A DNA stretch of 64,000 nucleotides from an uncultured delta proteobacterium (GCA_963755125.1 CAVWIP010000012.1:150602-214601), one strand, 5' to 3'. Shown: positions 12,101 through 20,696, counted from the first letter of the stretch. Notes: generated by a model from the sequence alone, not told the origin. Program-made: numbers and translations.

Positions 12101-15100
12101 TTCGCAGCCACAACTGCCGGCGCTGCCGCCACCAGATCCGGCCGATTCGTCTCCACGAACCCGATCACGTGACGGAGAGTCGGATAGTCACGCAGCTTGA
12201 CGTTGTCCTGCCTCGGGATATTGAACGTCTCCCTCACCAACGCAAACACCTCTGCCTGCTTGACCGTGTCGATCCCCAAGTCAGCCTCGAGATCCAGGTC
12301 CAGCTCCAGCATGTCGCGCGGATAGCCCGTCTTCTCTGCCACCACTCCCAGTACCTTCTCCACCACGACACTTGTCGTGGCCGTGGTCGTGGTCGTGGCC
12401 GTGGCCGTGGCCGTGGTCGGAGCCGTGGCCGTGGCCGTGGTCGTAGTCGTGGCCGGTTTCGCATCCACCATCGGCACCGCCGTCACCAGGTCCGGCCGAT
12501 TCGTTTCCACGAACCCGATGACATGACGGAGCGTCGGGTAGTCACGCAGCTTGAGCGTATCCTGGCGCGGAATATTGAATGTCTCCCGCACCAGCGCAAA
12601 CACCTCCGCCTGCTTGACCGTGTCGATGCCCAGGTCAGCTTCGAGATCCAGGTCCATTTCCAGCATGTCGCGCGGATACCCGGTCTTTTCTGCCACCAAT
12701 CCCAGCACCTTCTCCGCCACGACACTTGCCGTGGCCGTGGTCGTGGCCGTGGCCGTGGCCGCCGCCGCCCCTGCCCCAACCAGATCCGGCCGGTTCTCCT
12801 TCACGAACCCCACCACATGCCGGAGGGTCGGGTAGTCACGCAGCTTGAGCGTGTCCTGCCGCGGAATATTGAATGTCTCGCGCACCAGCGCGAACACCTC
12901 CGCCTGCTTGACCGTGTCGATGCCCAGGTCAGCTTCGAGATCCAGATCGGGATCCAGCATGTCGCGCGGATAGCCGGTCTTGTCGCTGACCAGTTTGAGC
13001 ACCGACTCCATGGCGGCGTCCGCTCCCGACGCTGCCGCGACAGTCGTGACCGCCGAGGACGCGGCCGACGGTGCGGTCGCCACCGGCGCAGGCGCCGGCT
13101 GAGCCGCAGGAGTCGCGATCACGGCCGGCGCGAGCGGCACTCGCGGCGCAGGCATCGCTGGCATCGGCGCCCCATCGCTCAGGCTTGCGCTTGGGCCCGT
13201 GCCCATGGTCCAGCTCGACTGAGCCGGCTCGCGCGCCGGCTGGCCAATGTCCTTGATGCGCAGGGTGCGCTTCTCGACCTCCAGGACCGGCGCCGGGTAC
13301 CCGGAGATCTCGGACAGCCAGCGTTGGTAGGCAGCCCGATCGGCCACCCGCTCTTCCAGACCATCGATGCGACGGAGCACGGTCATCGCGATCTGCGAAC
13401 CGAAGCCGGCGGCCAGTCGCAGGGCGTAGCGCACGGGATAGTGCCCGCCCTTCGACAGATTGAGCGTGCCCAGCTCGGGATCGGGCTCGCGGTAGTTGGG
13501 CACCGGCGGAACCACCTGCTTCTCCAAAATCTTGACCGCCACCGCGTCCTCCACGCCCACACCCATGGGATGACCGGTGAACCCCTTGGTGTTGCACACC
13601 ACCAGATCGTTGGCGCTGGCGCCAAAGGTCTTGCGTAGGGCGAATATCTCGGCCGAGGCGCTGCCTCCGCGCGCTGGCGTGTAGGTCTCGTGCGAGATGA
13701 ATACCAGCTCGCGCGCCATGGCGTGCCGATCGATGCCGTGACGTTGCTCCACGCCCGACACCAGCCGCTCCATCACGCCCTCGATGTGATCCACATCCAG
13801 GCGCGTCCCGTGGAAGGCGCTGTTGGCGAATGTGCTGCCCAGCACCTCACACAGGCCGCGCATACCGCGCTCGCGCAGCGAATCTTCCGACTCCACCACC
13901 AGGCCGCAAGCGCCCATGCCCAGCAACATGCCGTTGCGCCGGCGATCGAAGGGCAGCGCCGCCTTTTCCAGCACATCCTCGGTGGTGGCCGCGCCAGTGG
14001 CCAGGAAGCCGGCACCCATCCATTCCAGCAGGTTGTCCGAGGTGACGTCGTCGGCGCCGATGATGAGCACGCGGCGGCAGCGGCCGGCCCGGATCCAGTC
14101 CTCGGCCATGCCCACCGCCATGGTGGTCGAGGCGCAAGCCGCGTTGACTTGCGTGTTGGGACCGCGGATGCCGAGCAGTTCGGCAAACTGCGCGTGACCC
14201 ATGGAAAGAATGCGGAAGAGGAAACGGCGATCGAACTCGTAGCTGCTGCGGCCGGTTCGCTGCGCGAAGAAGCGCGTGACCTCGTCGACCAAGTTGTCGT
14301 AGCCGGGAAAAGCCGAGGCGAAGATCACGCCGGTCTCATCGGCCATCGCCACCGGAAGCCGCCAGCGGTCGGGCAAAAAGCTGCCCGTGGTGGTGCGGCG
14401 ATAGTGGCGCACCAGGGGAATGCCCGCGTCGCGCAGAGCCTCGATGCCCGCGGCGATGGCCAGCGCGGTGGTGACGTCCCAGGCTTCCACGCGCTCGCGC
14501 GGTACGCCGAATTCCTCGACGATATCGAAGACGCCGCGGCGGCCAGCCAGGCGAATGACCTCGTCGACCGATCGGATGGGATCCAGGCTGGGCTCGCCCA
14601 CCTCGCGCTTGACCAGGCGGACCACGTTCTTTTCCACCATGCGGGCGCGGAAGACGTGCGGCACCGGATCGATGAAGGAGTCGCCGCGCAGAATGCGTTC
14701 CACGTTGCCGTCATCGAAGACGTGTTGCTTCTGCCCAGGCAGGCCCAGGGCCGCGCCTGACACGACGATCGAGCCCGAGCGGGCCTCCGGCAAGGCGGGC
14801 GGGCCGGCGCGACGACCGCCGTACATCGCCATGCCCTCGTCGAGAAAACGCGCAAACAGTCTTCCCAGCCCGTCGTAGTTGGGCTGGCCTGCGGAAGTGC
14901 GAATAGGACTCTCGCTCATGATCTGGGTTGCTCCGTGCGAAGAATTCGGGAGGGAAACTGTGGGTGTGGCTGTTGCAGTGGCGGGCGGCGTCCCTGCAAG
15001 GGCAGCCACAAGATCCTCGGGGCGCGGGATGCCCGCGGCGTAGAAGCCACACATGGCATCGTGGAACGAACGGACGCCGCCGCGCTTGGGATGGTTAGTG

Positions 15101-17817
15101 GAGAAGCAGATGACGTCGTCTTTGTCCTCGAGAATGCTGTCGGCCAGGGCCATGAGCGCGCGCTTGGGCCCCACCTCGACGAAGATGCGCGCCCCCTCCC
15201 GGTAGCAGGTCTCGACGCCCTTGACGAACTGGACCGAGGACGCCATCTGGTCGGCCAGGCGCCGCCGGATGGTGTCCATGTCGTGGGTCGGGTAGAGATC
15301 CCCGTCGATGTTTCCCACCAGGGGAATGCGCGGGAACGCGATCTGCATCTCGCAGATGGTCCGGTAAAGCGCGTCGGATGCCGGTGCCACCACCTTGCTG
15401 TGGAAGGCGTGGGACACCGGGATGAGTTGCGCCGTCATGCCCAGCTTGTTGAAATAGTCGACCGCGCGGTCGACCGCATCGCTGGCGCCCGCAATCACGG
15501 TCTGCTTGCGGCTGTTGATGTTGGCCGGTGTGAGGTAGCCGCCGATCTCGGGCAGCCGGCTCACGATCTCGTCGGTGGGGCCGGCCACCGAGGCCATCTT
15601 GCCCTTGTCGCCGATGGACACCGAGGCCATGGCGCGCGCGCGTGCGCTCACCGCCACCAGTGCCTCGGGGAAGGTGACCATGCCCGCGCCCACAGCCGCG
15701 GCCCATTCGCCCAAACTGTGCCCCATCACGATGTCGGGCTTGACCCCGTGTTTGTCGAGCAGGCGCATGATGGCGATGTCGCTGGCCACCATGGCTGGCT
15801 GGCAGATGGTGGTGTCCTTCAGTGCCTCCTCGGCGGCTTGCACGGCAGCCGCATCAGCCTCGTTCTTGTAAACGTATGCGGTCAGCGGCTGACCCAGGAT
15901 GGGACCCATCACGCGGTCGGCCTCGGCAAAAGTTTCGCGCACGATCGGATCCGGAACATCGGCCAGCATGTTCACGTACTGTGAGCCCTGTCCCGGGAAG
16001 AGGAAGGCCACCTTGCCCGCTCGACCACACCGGAAGTGGATGCCCTTGCTCTGCAGCAGACGCCACTTCTTGGGCTCGTCCTTTTCAAGAGCTGCCAGAG
16101 CGGTCTCACCCTTCTTGACCAGATCGGCTGCATCCTCGAAGGCAATCACCAGACGTGCGGGCGCGGCCAGAAAGTCCGGTCCTGGCGGCTGGCGGTCGGG
16201 GGTCTGGCCGGCCTTGGCCCTTTCCAGCGCCTGGGTGAGGGCTGTGCGCACCGCCACCGCGTCGGCCCCGGACACGGCCAGCATGTTGCCCAGCATGGAC
16301 GGCCGGGTGTCCCGGGCCAGCGCGACCGAGGACGAGCCACCCGCGAAAGAAGCTGGCACCTGCACCAGCGGCTCACGCCGAGCCAACATGCCGGGCACAT
16401 ACTCCTCGACCACCACGTGGAAATTGGTGCCGCCAAAGCCGAAGGCCGACAAGCCACAGCGCCGCGGACCGAACGACGGCTTCTCCCAGGGCTGGGCCTT
16501 GGTGTTCACGAACAGAGGCAGCTTGTCCCAGGGAATGTTGGGATTCGGCTCTTTGAAGTTGATCGAGGGCGGCAGAATCTTGTGGTGACAGGCCAGCACG
16601 ACCTTGAGCAGGCTGGCGGCGCCAGCCGCGCTCTTGAGGTGGCCGATCTGCGACTTGATCGAGCCGAGCGCAATCCGATGCTTGATGGGCGAGCCTTCGG
16701 AGAGCAGCTTGGCCACGGTTTCCATCTCGGCCACGTCCCCGGCCCGTGTCGAGGTGCCGTGGCCTTCCAGGAGTGTCATGGTCGCGGGGTCCAGTCCGGC
16801 GCGCTCCCAGGCGCGACGCAAGGCCAGAATCTGCCCGATGGGATTGGGCGCGGTGATGCCCTTGCCCTTGCCGTCGCTGGAGCCGCCCACGCCGCGGACC
16901 ACCGCGTAGATGCGATCGCCCGCCTTCTCCGCGTCCTGCAGACGCTTGCACACGAAGAAGGCACCGCCCTCGCCCATGATGAAACCCTTGGCGTGCTTGT
17001 CATAGGGCCGCGATCCGTCGGGCGAGAGTGCGCCGATCTTGCAGAACTTGATGAAGGTGGTGGCGCCCATGTTCCGATCCATGGCGCCGGTGACCACCAC
17101 GTCATAGTGGTGATCGACCAGACCGTCGACCGCGGATTGCAAAGCTGCCAGCGAGGAAGCGCAGGCGGCGTCGGTGGTGAAATTCGGTCCGCGCAGGTTG
17201 AGCACAGCGGCCACGCGGCCGGAGGTGATGTTGGTCAACTCGCCGGGCATGGTGTCTTCGGTGGTGTCCGGAAAACGCCGGTTCACCGACTCCCGCAACT
17301 GCGCAACAAAGGCCGCGCGCTCGGCCTGGGGCAGCGACTGGAAGATCTGGGTGTCGGAGATGGCGTGCACGTACTCCGGCATGGAGAGGCGCAAGCAGGT
17401 CAGGTAGTGCAGCTCGCCGCCCATGGCATTGCCCAGGATCACGCCGGTCGATTCGGTGTCGAGCGGCCGGTCGGGATGGCCCGCGTCGCGTAGCGCCTCG
17501 GAAGCGCAGAGCAGAGCCCATTTCTGGCCGTCATCCATCGCGGCCGATACCGTGGGCGGAATGCGATACTTGGTGGGCTCGAAGGAAACGCCGCGCACCC
17601 AGCCGCCGATCTTTGAATAGGTCTTGCCCGGCGCCTTGGGATCAGCATCGTAGTAGTCAGCCTGGTTCCAGCGATCCAGGGTGACCTCGCTCACCGAGTC
17701 CCGGCCGGTCACGACGTTCTGCCAGAAGGCCTTGGCATCGAGCGCGTCGGGCAGTATGGCCCCCACGCCGATGATGGCGACGGCTCTCTCGGCCGGATCG
17801 CGTGTCGAACGACTCAT
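9184..17817 (-). CDS. PfaA-like iterative type I PKS / secondary-lipid synthase (2877 aa). The domain order is KS - AT - KS - 4 tandem ACP - KR - DH.
   Basis: KS1 has DAACASSL, EGHGTSTRAGD and KSQIGH (about nt 17790-16420). AT has GQGSQ, GHSLGE and HAFHS (about nt 16000-15050; GHSLGE near 15705-15722). KS2 has NAACASTT (near 14140), FHGT and NTKGFTGH (about nt 15000-13620). There are four near-identical ACPs, each with LEADLGIDTVKQAEVFALVRE, separated by Ala/Thr/Pro linkers (nt 13030-11825). KR has the Rossmann motif TGGAGAITVA (near 10965) and YSAGN. PKS-type DH has HDHAIDGIPVLPG (near 9985). The RBS is ggaggaag ahead of ATG 17815-17817. Confidence 0.95.
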   Translation of the reverse strand: MSRSTRDPAERAVAIIGVGAILPDALDAKAFWQNVVTGRDSVSEVTLDRWNQADYYDADPKAPGKTYSKIGGWVRGVSFEPTKYRIPPTVSAAMDDGQKWALLCASEALRDAGHPDRPLDTESTGVILGNAMGGELHYLTCLRLSMPEYVHAISDTQIFQSLPQAERAAFVAQLRESVNRRFPDTTEDTMPGELTNITSGRVAAVLNLRGPNFTTDAACASSLAALQSAVDGLVDHHYDVVVTGAMDRNMGATTFIKFCKIGALSPDGSRPYDKHAKGFIMGEGGAFFVCKRLQDAEKAGDRIYAVVRGVGGSSDGKGKGITAPNPIGQILALRRAWERAGLDPATMTLLEGHGTSTRAGDVAEMETVAKLLSEGSPIKHRIALGSIKSQIGHLKSAAGAASLLKVVLACHHKILPPSINFKEPNPNIPWDKLPLFVNTKAQPWEKPSFGPRRCGLSAFGFGGTNFHVVVEEYVPGMLARREPLVQVPASFAGGSSSVALARDTRPSMLGNMLAVSGADAVAVRTALTQALERAKAGQTPDRQPPGPDFLAAPARLVIAFEDAADLVKKGETALAALEKDEPKKWRLLQSKGIHFRCGRAGKVAFLFPGQGSQYVNMLADVPDPIVRETFAEADRVMGPILGQPLTAYVYKNEADAAAVQAAEEALKDTTICQPAMVASDIAIMRLLDKHGVKPDIVMGHSLGEWAAAVGAGMVTFPEALVAVSARARAMASVSIGDKGKMASVAGPTDEIVSRLPEIGGYLTPANINSRKQTVIAGASDAVDRAVDYFNKLGMTAQLIPVSHAFHSKVVAPASDALYRTICEMQIAFPRIPLVGNIDGDLYPTHDMDTIRRRLADQMASSVQFVKGVETCYREGARIFVEVGPKRALMALADSILEDKDDVICFSTNHPKRGGVRSFHDAMCGFYAAGIPRPEDLVAALAGTPPATATATPTVSLPNSSHGATQIMSESPIRTSAGQPNYDGLGRLFARFLDEGMAMYGGRRAGPPALPEARSGSIVVSGAALGLPGQKQHVFDDGNVERILRGDSFIDPVPHVFRARMVEKNVVRLVKREVGEPSLDPIRSVDEVIRLAGRRGVFDIVEEFGVPRERVEAWDVTTALAIAAGIEALRDAGIPLVRHYRRTTTGSFLPDRWRLPVAMADETGVIFASAFPGYDNLVDEVTRFFAQRTGRSSYEFDRRFLFRILSMGHAQFAELLGIRGPNTQVNAACASTTMAVGMAEDWIRAGRCRRVLIIGADDVTSDNLLEWMGAGFLATGAATTEDVLEKAALPFDRRRNGMLLGMGACGLVVESEDSLRERGMRGLCEVLGSTFANSAFHGTRLDVDHIEGVMERLVSGVEQRHGIDRHAMARELVFISHETYTPARGGSASAEIFALRKTFGASANDLVVCNTKGFTGHPMGVGVEDAVAVKILEKQVVPPVPNYREPDPELGTLNLSKGGHYPVRYALRLAAGFGSQIAMTVLRRIDGLEERVADRAAYQRWLSEISGYPAPVLEVEKRTLRIKDIGQPAREPAQSSWTMGTGPSASLSDGAPMPAMPAPRVPLAPAVIATPAAQPAPAPVATAPSAASSAVTTVAAASGADAAMESVLKLVSDKTGYPRDMLDPDLDLEADLGIDTVKQAEVFALVRETFNIPRQDTLKLRDYPTLRHVVGFVKENRPDLVGAGAAAATATATTTATASVVAEKVLGLVAEKTGYPRDMLEMDLDLEADLGIDTVKQAEVFALVRETFNIPRQDTLKLRDYPTLRHVIGFVETNRPDLVTAVPMVDAKPATTTTTATATAPTTATATATTTTTATTSVVVEKVLGVVAEKTGYPRDMLELDLDLEADLGIDTVKQAEVFALVRETFNIPRQDNVKLRDYPTLRHVIGFVETNRPDLVAAAPAVVAAKPATTTTTSTTTTTTTASAVGSGNPIEEKVLELVAGKTGYPRDMLELDLDLEADLGIDTVKQAEVFALVREAFSIPRQDDVKLRDYPTLRHVIGFVNKYLPAAAPAAPTAPAPAVAAPTAVTAAADAAVGQSPFVSGLLRRPVVTLRPPLDSCKKTGVRLERGSRVVVVADSEGAGKLLCDELESRGVQVLRIDARPERAEIEAALQKWAKPGKPVGLYFLPALDRSASLADLDLVQFRKLYRDRVLLLHGAARGLYEGLGTPGSFVIAATRMGGQHGYGASGASNSVGGAVTGFTKTLRRERPDLLAKAVDFEDGASAETIARALLDETEQDPGAVEIGYAGGVRVTVGLEVMQAVPADAKPPLTLDENTVFAVTGGAGAITVAIVRDLAAASRGTFYLLDARAMPPESEHALLETVIKDREAAKREVFERIKAEKGRATPAQVEEKLFDLERQAGILEALRGVEQAGGRAFYRQVDVLDGAAVKAVVDNIRAESGRIDVILHAAGLERSRSLDRKPVEEFDLVFRVKADGLFNLLAATRDMDVKAIVGFSSVAGRFGNAGQADYSAGNDFMCKTLSWWAASRPGSLGIALDWTAWGGIGMATRGSIPEIMKRAGIDMLSPDEGLPVIRHALQAGFSGEAVVGHKLGILMEPFDKDGGIDPEGSLLARARERALPLPFDNVTFDLHQGMTAEIRLDPKVEPFLHDHAIDGIPVLPGVMGLETFAEAAWLLAPQHRVAALENVRFLAPMKYYRHEPRSVIVRARPVLGADGRVRVHTSLSSVQVVVGREPEEKLHFAGVVVLEQGTGPSARTAVDGAGPVGGIGHDDIYRVYFHGPAYRVLEMVNRLSSGKVVGTMRTPLPADTTNPNSTSMVGPRMVELCFQTAGVWEIGQTGQMGLPSVVERVTVFDPAPDGKTMVAELQPHASEDALSFDARVRDDEGKVYLTVQGYRTSRIPGGLPDEALGRFRGVIG
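11825..13030. repeat. Tandem near-identical coding repeats of about 294-354 bp (four ACP domains plus linkers) inside the PKS gene
   Basis: An 84-bp block (cgcctgcttgaccgtgtcgatccccaagtcagcctcgagatccaggtccagctccagcatgtcgcgcggatagcccgtctt) is identical at about 11907-11990 and 12247-12330, and near-identical twice more up to about 13000. The alternative-frame ORFs 11859..12113, 12234..12464 and 12483..12779 repeat the same peptide. Confidence 0.8.
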
Positions 17818-17925
17818 TTCAACTTCCTCCCAGATATCGAAAACGGAAAACCGGGCGCCCGCCGGCTCGCCCCGGCGTCCGAATCAAGCGAATGGTTGCC
17901 TGCCTCTTTTCTCTCTCTTGCTCGG

Positions 17926-19587
17926 CTACGCGCGAGCCGCGTCTTGCTCCACCAAGGCCTTGGCCACGACGTCCATATCGGCCATCAGGCCCTTCGCGCA
18001 AGCCGTGATGGCGCTGGCCCGGAGGGCGCGCTCGAAGTCGGCAATGCCTGCATCATCCACCGCATCCATACCGCGGACCAGACGAACCGCCAGACCCAGC
18101 ACGTCAAGCGCCGCCTCGCGCGCGCAGATGCGCGACATGGCCTTGACGGCCGAAGGTGCGAAGAACGGCTGGTACTTGGGCGCGCTCCGGCCCGCAGCAT
18201 AGCGGGCGAAGTTGGCCGCGATCTCTGCCCGTGTCATCAACTCGCCCAGTTGGAATAGCACGTGCTGATTGCGGGTCAGACGGCCGACACGACAGCGCTC
18301 AGCCGTCTCCTGAACAACGTTTACCGCCAAGGCCGCCGCATCAGCCCCCACGTTGGCATCCTCGCGGTGCAGTGCTTCGAGTGAAGCAGCGATCTTCTTG
18401 TAGTACTGCCCGTGGTCCTGCAGGTGCAGGCGCCAGCGATCGCGCGATACCGTCCACTGCATGATCTCGCTGGTGCCTTCGTAGATCGTGGTGATGCGCA
18501 CATCGCGCCGGATCTTCTCGACCTCGTATTCCCTGGTGTAGCCGTAGCCGCCGTGCGCCTGGATGGCGGCGTCGGCCGCGGCGTTACCCGCCTCGGTGGC
18601 AAAGAGCTTCACGATCGCGCCCTCGGTCTGCAACTCCGGCTCGCCCTGGTCCAGCCGATGCGCCGTCTCTTCGATGAGAGCTCGCGCCGCCTCCAGCCTG
18701 ACCACATGGGGAACGATCAACTTGTCCATGTAGCCCTGCTTTTCAGCCAGAGGCGAGCCGGCCTGCACGCGCTCACGCGAGTAGCGGATGGCCCTGAGCA
18801 TGGCCGCCACGCCGCCGCCCAGGCCAAAGGCTGCCACCATGAGGCGGGTGAAACCGAACACCGACTGGGCGTGAACCAATCCCTTGCCCTCCACGCCGCC
18901 CAGCAGGTTCTGCTTGGGAACGTACACGTCCTCGAAGCTGACCGGCGAGGTATTGGACGAGCGGATGCCCAGCTTGTTCTCGTGCTTGCCAGGAACCAGG
19001 CCCGGGGTTCCCTGCTCCACCGCGAAGAAGGTGGGCCCGTCGGGCGCCATGGCCAGCACCGTGTATAGCTGCGCGTAGCCGCCGTTGGAGATGAACTGCT
19101 TGGCGCCGTCGATCTTGTAGCCCTTGATTTCGTCGTTCTCCATCACCCGCTCGGCGCGCGTGCGAATGGCAGACAACTCGCTACCCGCCAGGGGCTCGGT
19201 CACGGCGTAGGCGACAATCAAGCCTTCGTCGGCAATTCGCCGCAGCCAGTAGGTCCGCTGCTCCTCGGTCGCGCCAACCACGATGGGGTCGGTTCCCAGA
19301 AAGATGGCCAGGAAGGCGGTCGCCACGCCCAGATCCAGCTTGGCCATCTCCTCCGAGACCCGATAGACGTCGTAGGCGTTGCCGCCCAGGCCGCCCAGTT
19401 CCTCGGGGATGAACAAGAGGTGCAGGCCGATTTCAGGCCCCAGCAACTCACGGATCAGGTCGAGCGGAAAGAGATCCTTCTCATCTAGGTCCAGCCTGAC
19501 CTTGAGCGGCAGCTTCTGCTTGCCAAACGAGGTCAGCGTGTCGATCAGGGTCTGGAGTGAATCTTTGTCGAGACCTGGGTTCTTCAT
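17926..19587 (-). CDS. Acyl-CoA dehydrogenase family flavoprotein with an extra C-terminal domain of about 170 aa. It is the first gene of the PKS operon.
   Basis: ACAD motifs: ...GSELSAIRTRAE..., YKIDGAKQFISNG, TTIYEGTSEIMQ and the catalytic region YGYTREYEVEKIRRDVRI. The start was trimmed to ATG 19585-19587 (MKNPGLDKDS) with the RBS aggaagg. Confidence 0.85.
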   Translation of the reverse strand: MKNPGLDKDSLQTLIDTLTSFGKQKLPLKVRLDLDEKDLFPLDLIRELLGPEIGLHLLFIPEELGGLGGNAYDVYRVSEEMAKLDLGVATAFLAIFLGTDPIVVGATEEQRTYWLRRIADEGLIVAYAVTEPLAGSELSAIRTRAERVMENDEIKGYKIDGAKQFISNGGYAQLYTVLAMAPDGPTFFAVEQGTPGLVPGKHENKLGIRSSNTSPVSFEDVYVPKQNLLGGVEGKGLVHAQSVFGFTRLMVAAFGLGGGVAAMLRAIRYSRERVQAGSPLAEKQGYMDKLIVPHVVRLEAARALIEETAHRLDQGEPELQTEGAIVKLFATEAGNAAADAAIQAHGGYGYTREYEVEKIRRDVRITTIYEGTSEIMQWTVSRDRWRLHLQDHGQYYKKIAASLEALHREDANVGADAAALAVNVVQETAERCRVGRLTRNQHVLFQLGELMTRAEIAANFARYAAGRSAPKYQPFFAPSAVKAMSRICAREAALDVLGLAVRLVRGMDAVDDAGIADFERALRASAITACAKGLMADMDVVAKALVEQDAARA

Positions 19588-19699
19588 CAGTCTTGTGCCT
19601 TCCTGCGGCCAAGTGAATCGGTGGGAAAAGGGGGATACCCCGGCTGAAAGGCTCCGATGCTGGCACAAGCCGGGCCAAAATCAAAACCGGACGTCAGAG

Positions 19700-19800
19700 C
19701 AGGTGTTGCGCACCTCAAGATGCACATATCACACTGTAATCATTTGATTATTTCTTTAACCATCGTGACGCAAAGATGTGCAAAACCGCTGCCATGTGCG
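19700..19800. promoter_or_regulatory. AT-rich island with direct repeats AAGATGYRCA, upstream of the ACAD-PKS operon. It is a putative promoter/operator.
   Basis: tcaagatgcacatatcacactgtaatcatttgattatttctttaaccatcgtgacgcaaagatgtgcaaaacc is far below the local GC content. The repeat aagatgcaca / aagatgtgca is spaced about 51 bp apart. Confidence 0.3.
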
Positions 19801-19986
19801 TCGTCTCCTACACGCCCAGGTTGCCTGAAATGGCCCAGGTGCGACTCCCGACACGCACCCCTGCGGCCTTGGGTACGCACCAATACTGCACAGGCTCCTC
19901 TGCGCCCTCGACTCTCCCCTCTGTGTTCTCAGCCGACGCCGGCTAGCCCGCTGAACTCGCTCCCACCGGCCGCGACCCCGCTTCCA

Positions 19987-20388
19987 TTACTTCCAGCGGC
20001 TTTCACCACCTTCGGACTTCTTCTTGGCTGCTTCGGCAGCCTTCTCCTTGTCCTTCTTCGCCTGGGCCGCCCTGGCCTCTGCCTGCTTCTTCTTGTCGTT
20101 CTGCTGGATCCTCTTCAGGGCAGCCGCGGCGTCCTTCTCCTGTTGCTTGCGGCGCTGCTCCTCGCAGCCCGCCGGTTCACAGTCGCCTTCGCAGGCACAT
20201 TTCAACTTCTTCCCCTTGTTGCAATGGCACTGGTCCTGGGCGTCGCGATAGCAGCCGCAATCGTTGAGAGGCGTTGCAGCCGGCGGAGGCTCCGCTTCCG
20301 CCTTGGCGGCCTTCGATTTGGCAAAACCCAACCCTGGCGCCCAGACCAGAAGGCCGAATACTGCGATGATCGATGGCGTGATCCGCAT
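19987..20388 (-). CDS. Small secreted Cys-rich, Lys-rich protein (134 aa)
   Basis: Signal peptide MRITPSIIAVFGLLVWAPGLGFA. Cys cluster CGCYRDAQDQCHCNKGKKLKCACEGDCEPAGC, followed by a Lys/Ala/Glu-rich tail. The start was trimmed to ATG 20386-20388. Confidence 0.5.
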   Translation of the reverse strand: MRITPSIIAVFGLLVWAPGLGFAKSKAAKAEAEPPPAATPLNDCGCYRDAQDQCHCNKGKKLKCACEGDCEPAGCEEQRRKQQEKDAAAALKRIQQNDKKKQAEARAAQAKKDKEKAAEAAKKKSEGGESRWK

Positions 20389-20498
20389 GGCATTCTCCTC
20401 TTGCCAGGCATTATCACGTGAGCCACGAGCCGCGCAACCGTGTTGCGGCCTTGCGGCCGGCCCGCATCCATGATTGAAACACTCGACGGAGAAAGCCG

Positions 20499-20696
20499 AT
20501 GGGTACAAGCCTGACGACCCGTGACAGAACCGAAGCGCGAAAGAAGGGGCTGCTGGCGGTCGGAGCCTGGGGAGGCGCGGGACTGCTTGTCCTCACGCAT
20601 TGGCCACTGTGGTTCCCCTTGGCCGCTGCTGGGGGCGCAGGATACCTGACCTACAAATGGTTCATGTTCCGCGCGAAACGCGGCATGCGGTTCTAG
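20499..20696 (+). CDS. Small hydrophobic protein (65 aa), hypothetical
   Basis: A ggagaaag RBS lies 6 nt before the ATG. One or two predicted TM helices. No homology was recognised. Confidence 0.3.
   Translation: MGTSLTTRDRTEARKKGLLAVGAWGGAGLLVLTHWPLWFPLAAAGGAGYLTYKWFMFRAKRGMRF

Noticed and set aside
11825-13030. Possible CRISPR-like repeat array
   Set aside because: The repeats are about 300 bp protein-coding ACP units with no short spacer/repeat periodicity. No cas genes are present.
9601-13638. 1345-aa plus-strand ORF antisense to the PKS, together with many other 60-450-aa ORFs in both strands of 9.2-17.8 kb
   Set aside because: They overlap a clearly homologous PKS reading frame. Their translations are Arg/Gly/His-rich low-complexity sequences typical of off-frame translation of high-GC coding DNA.
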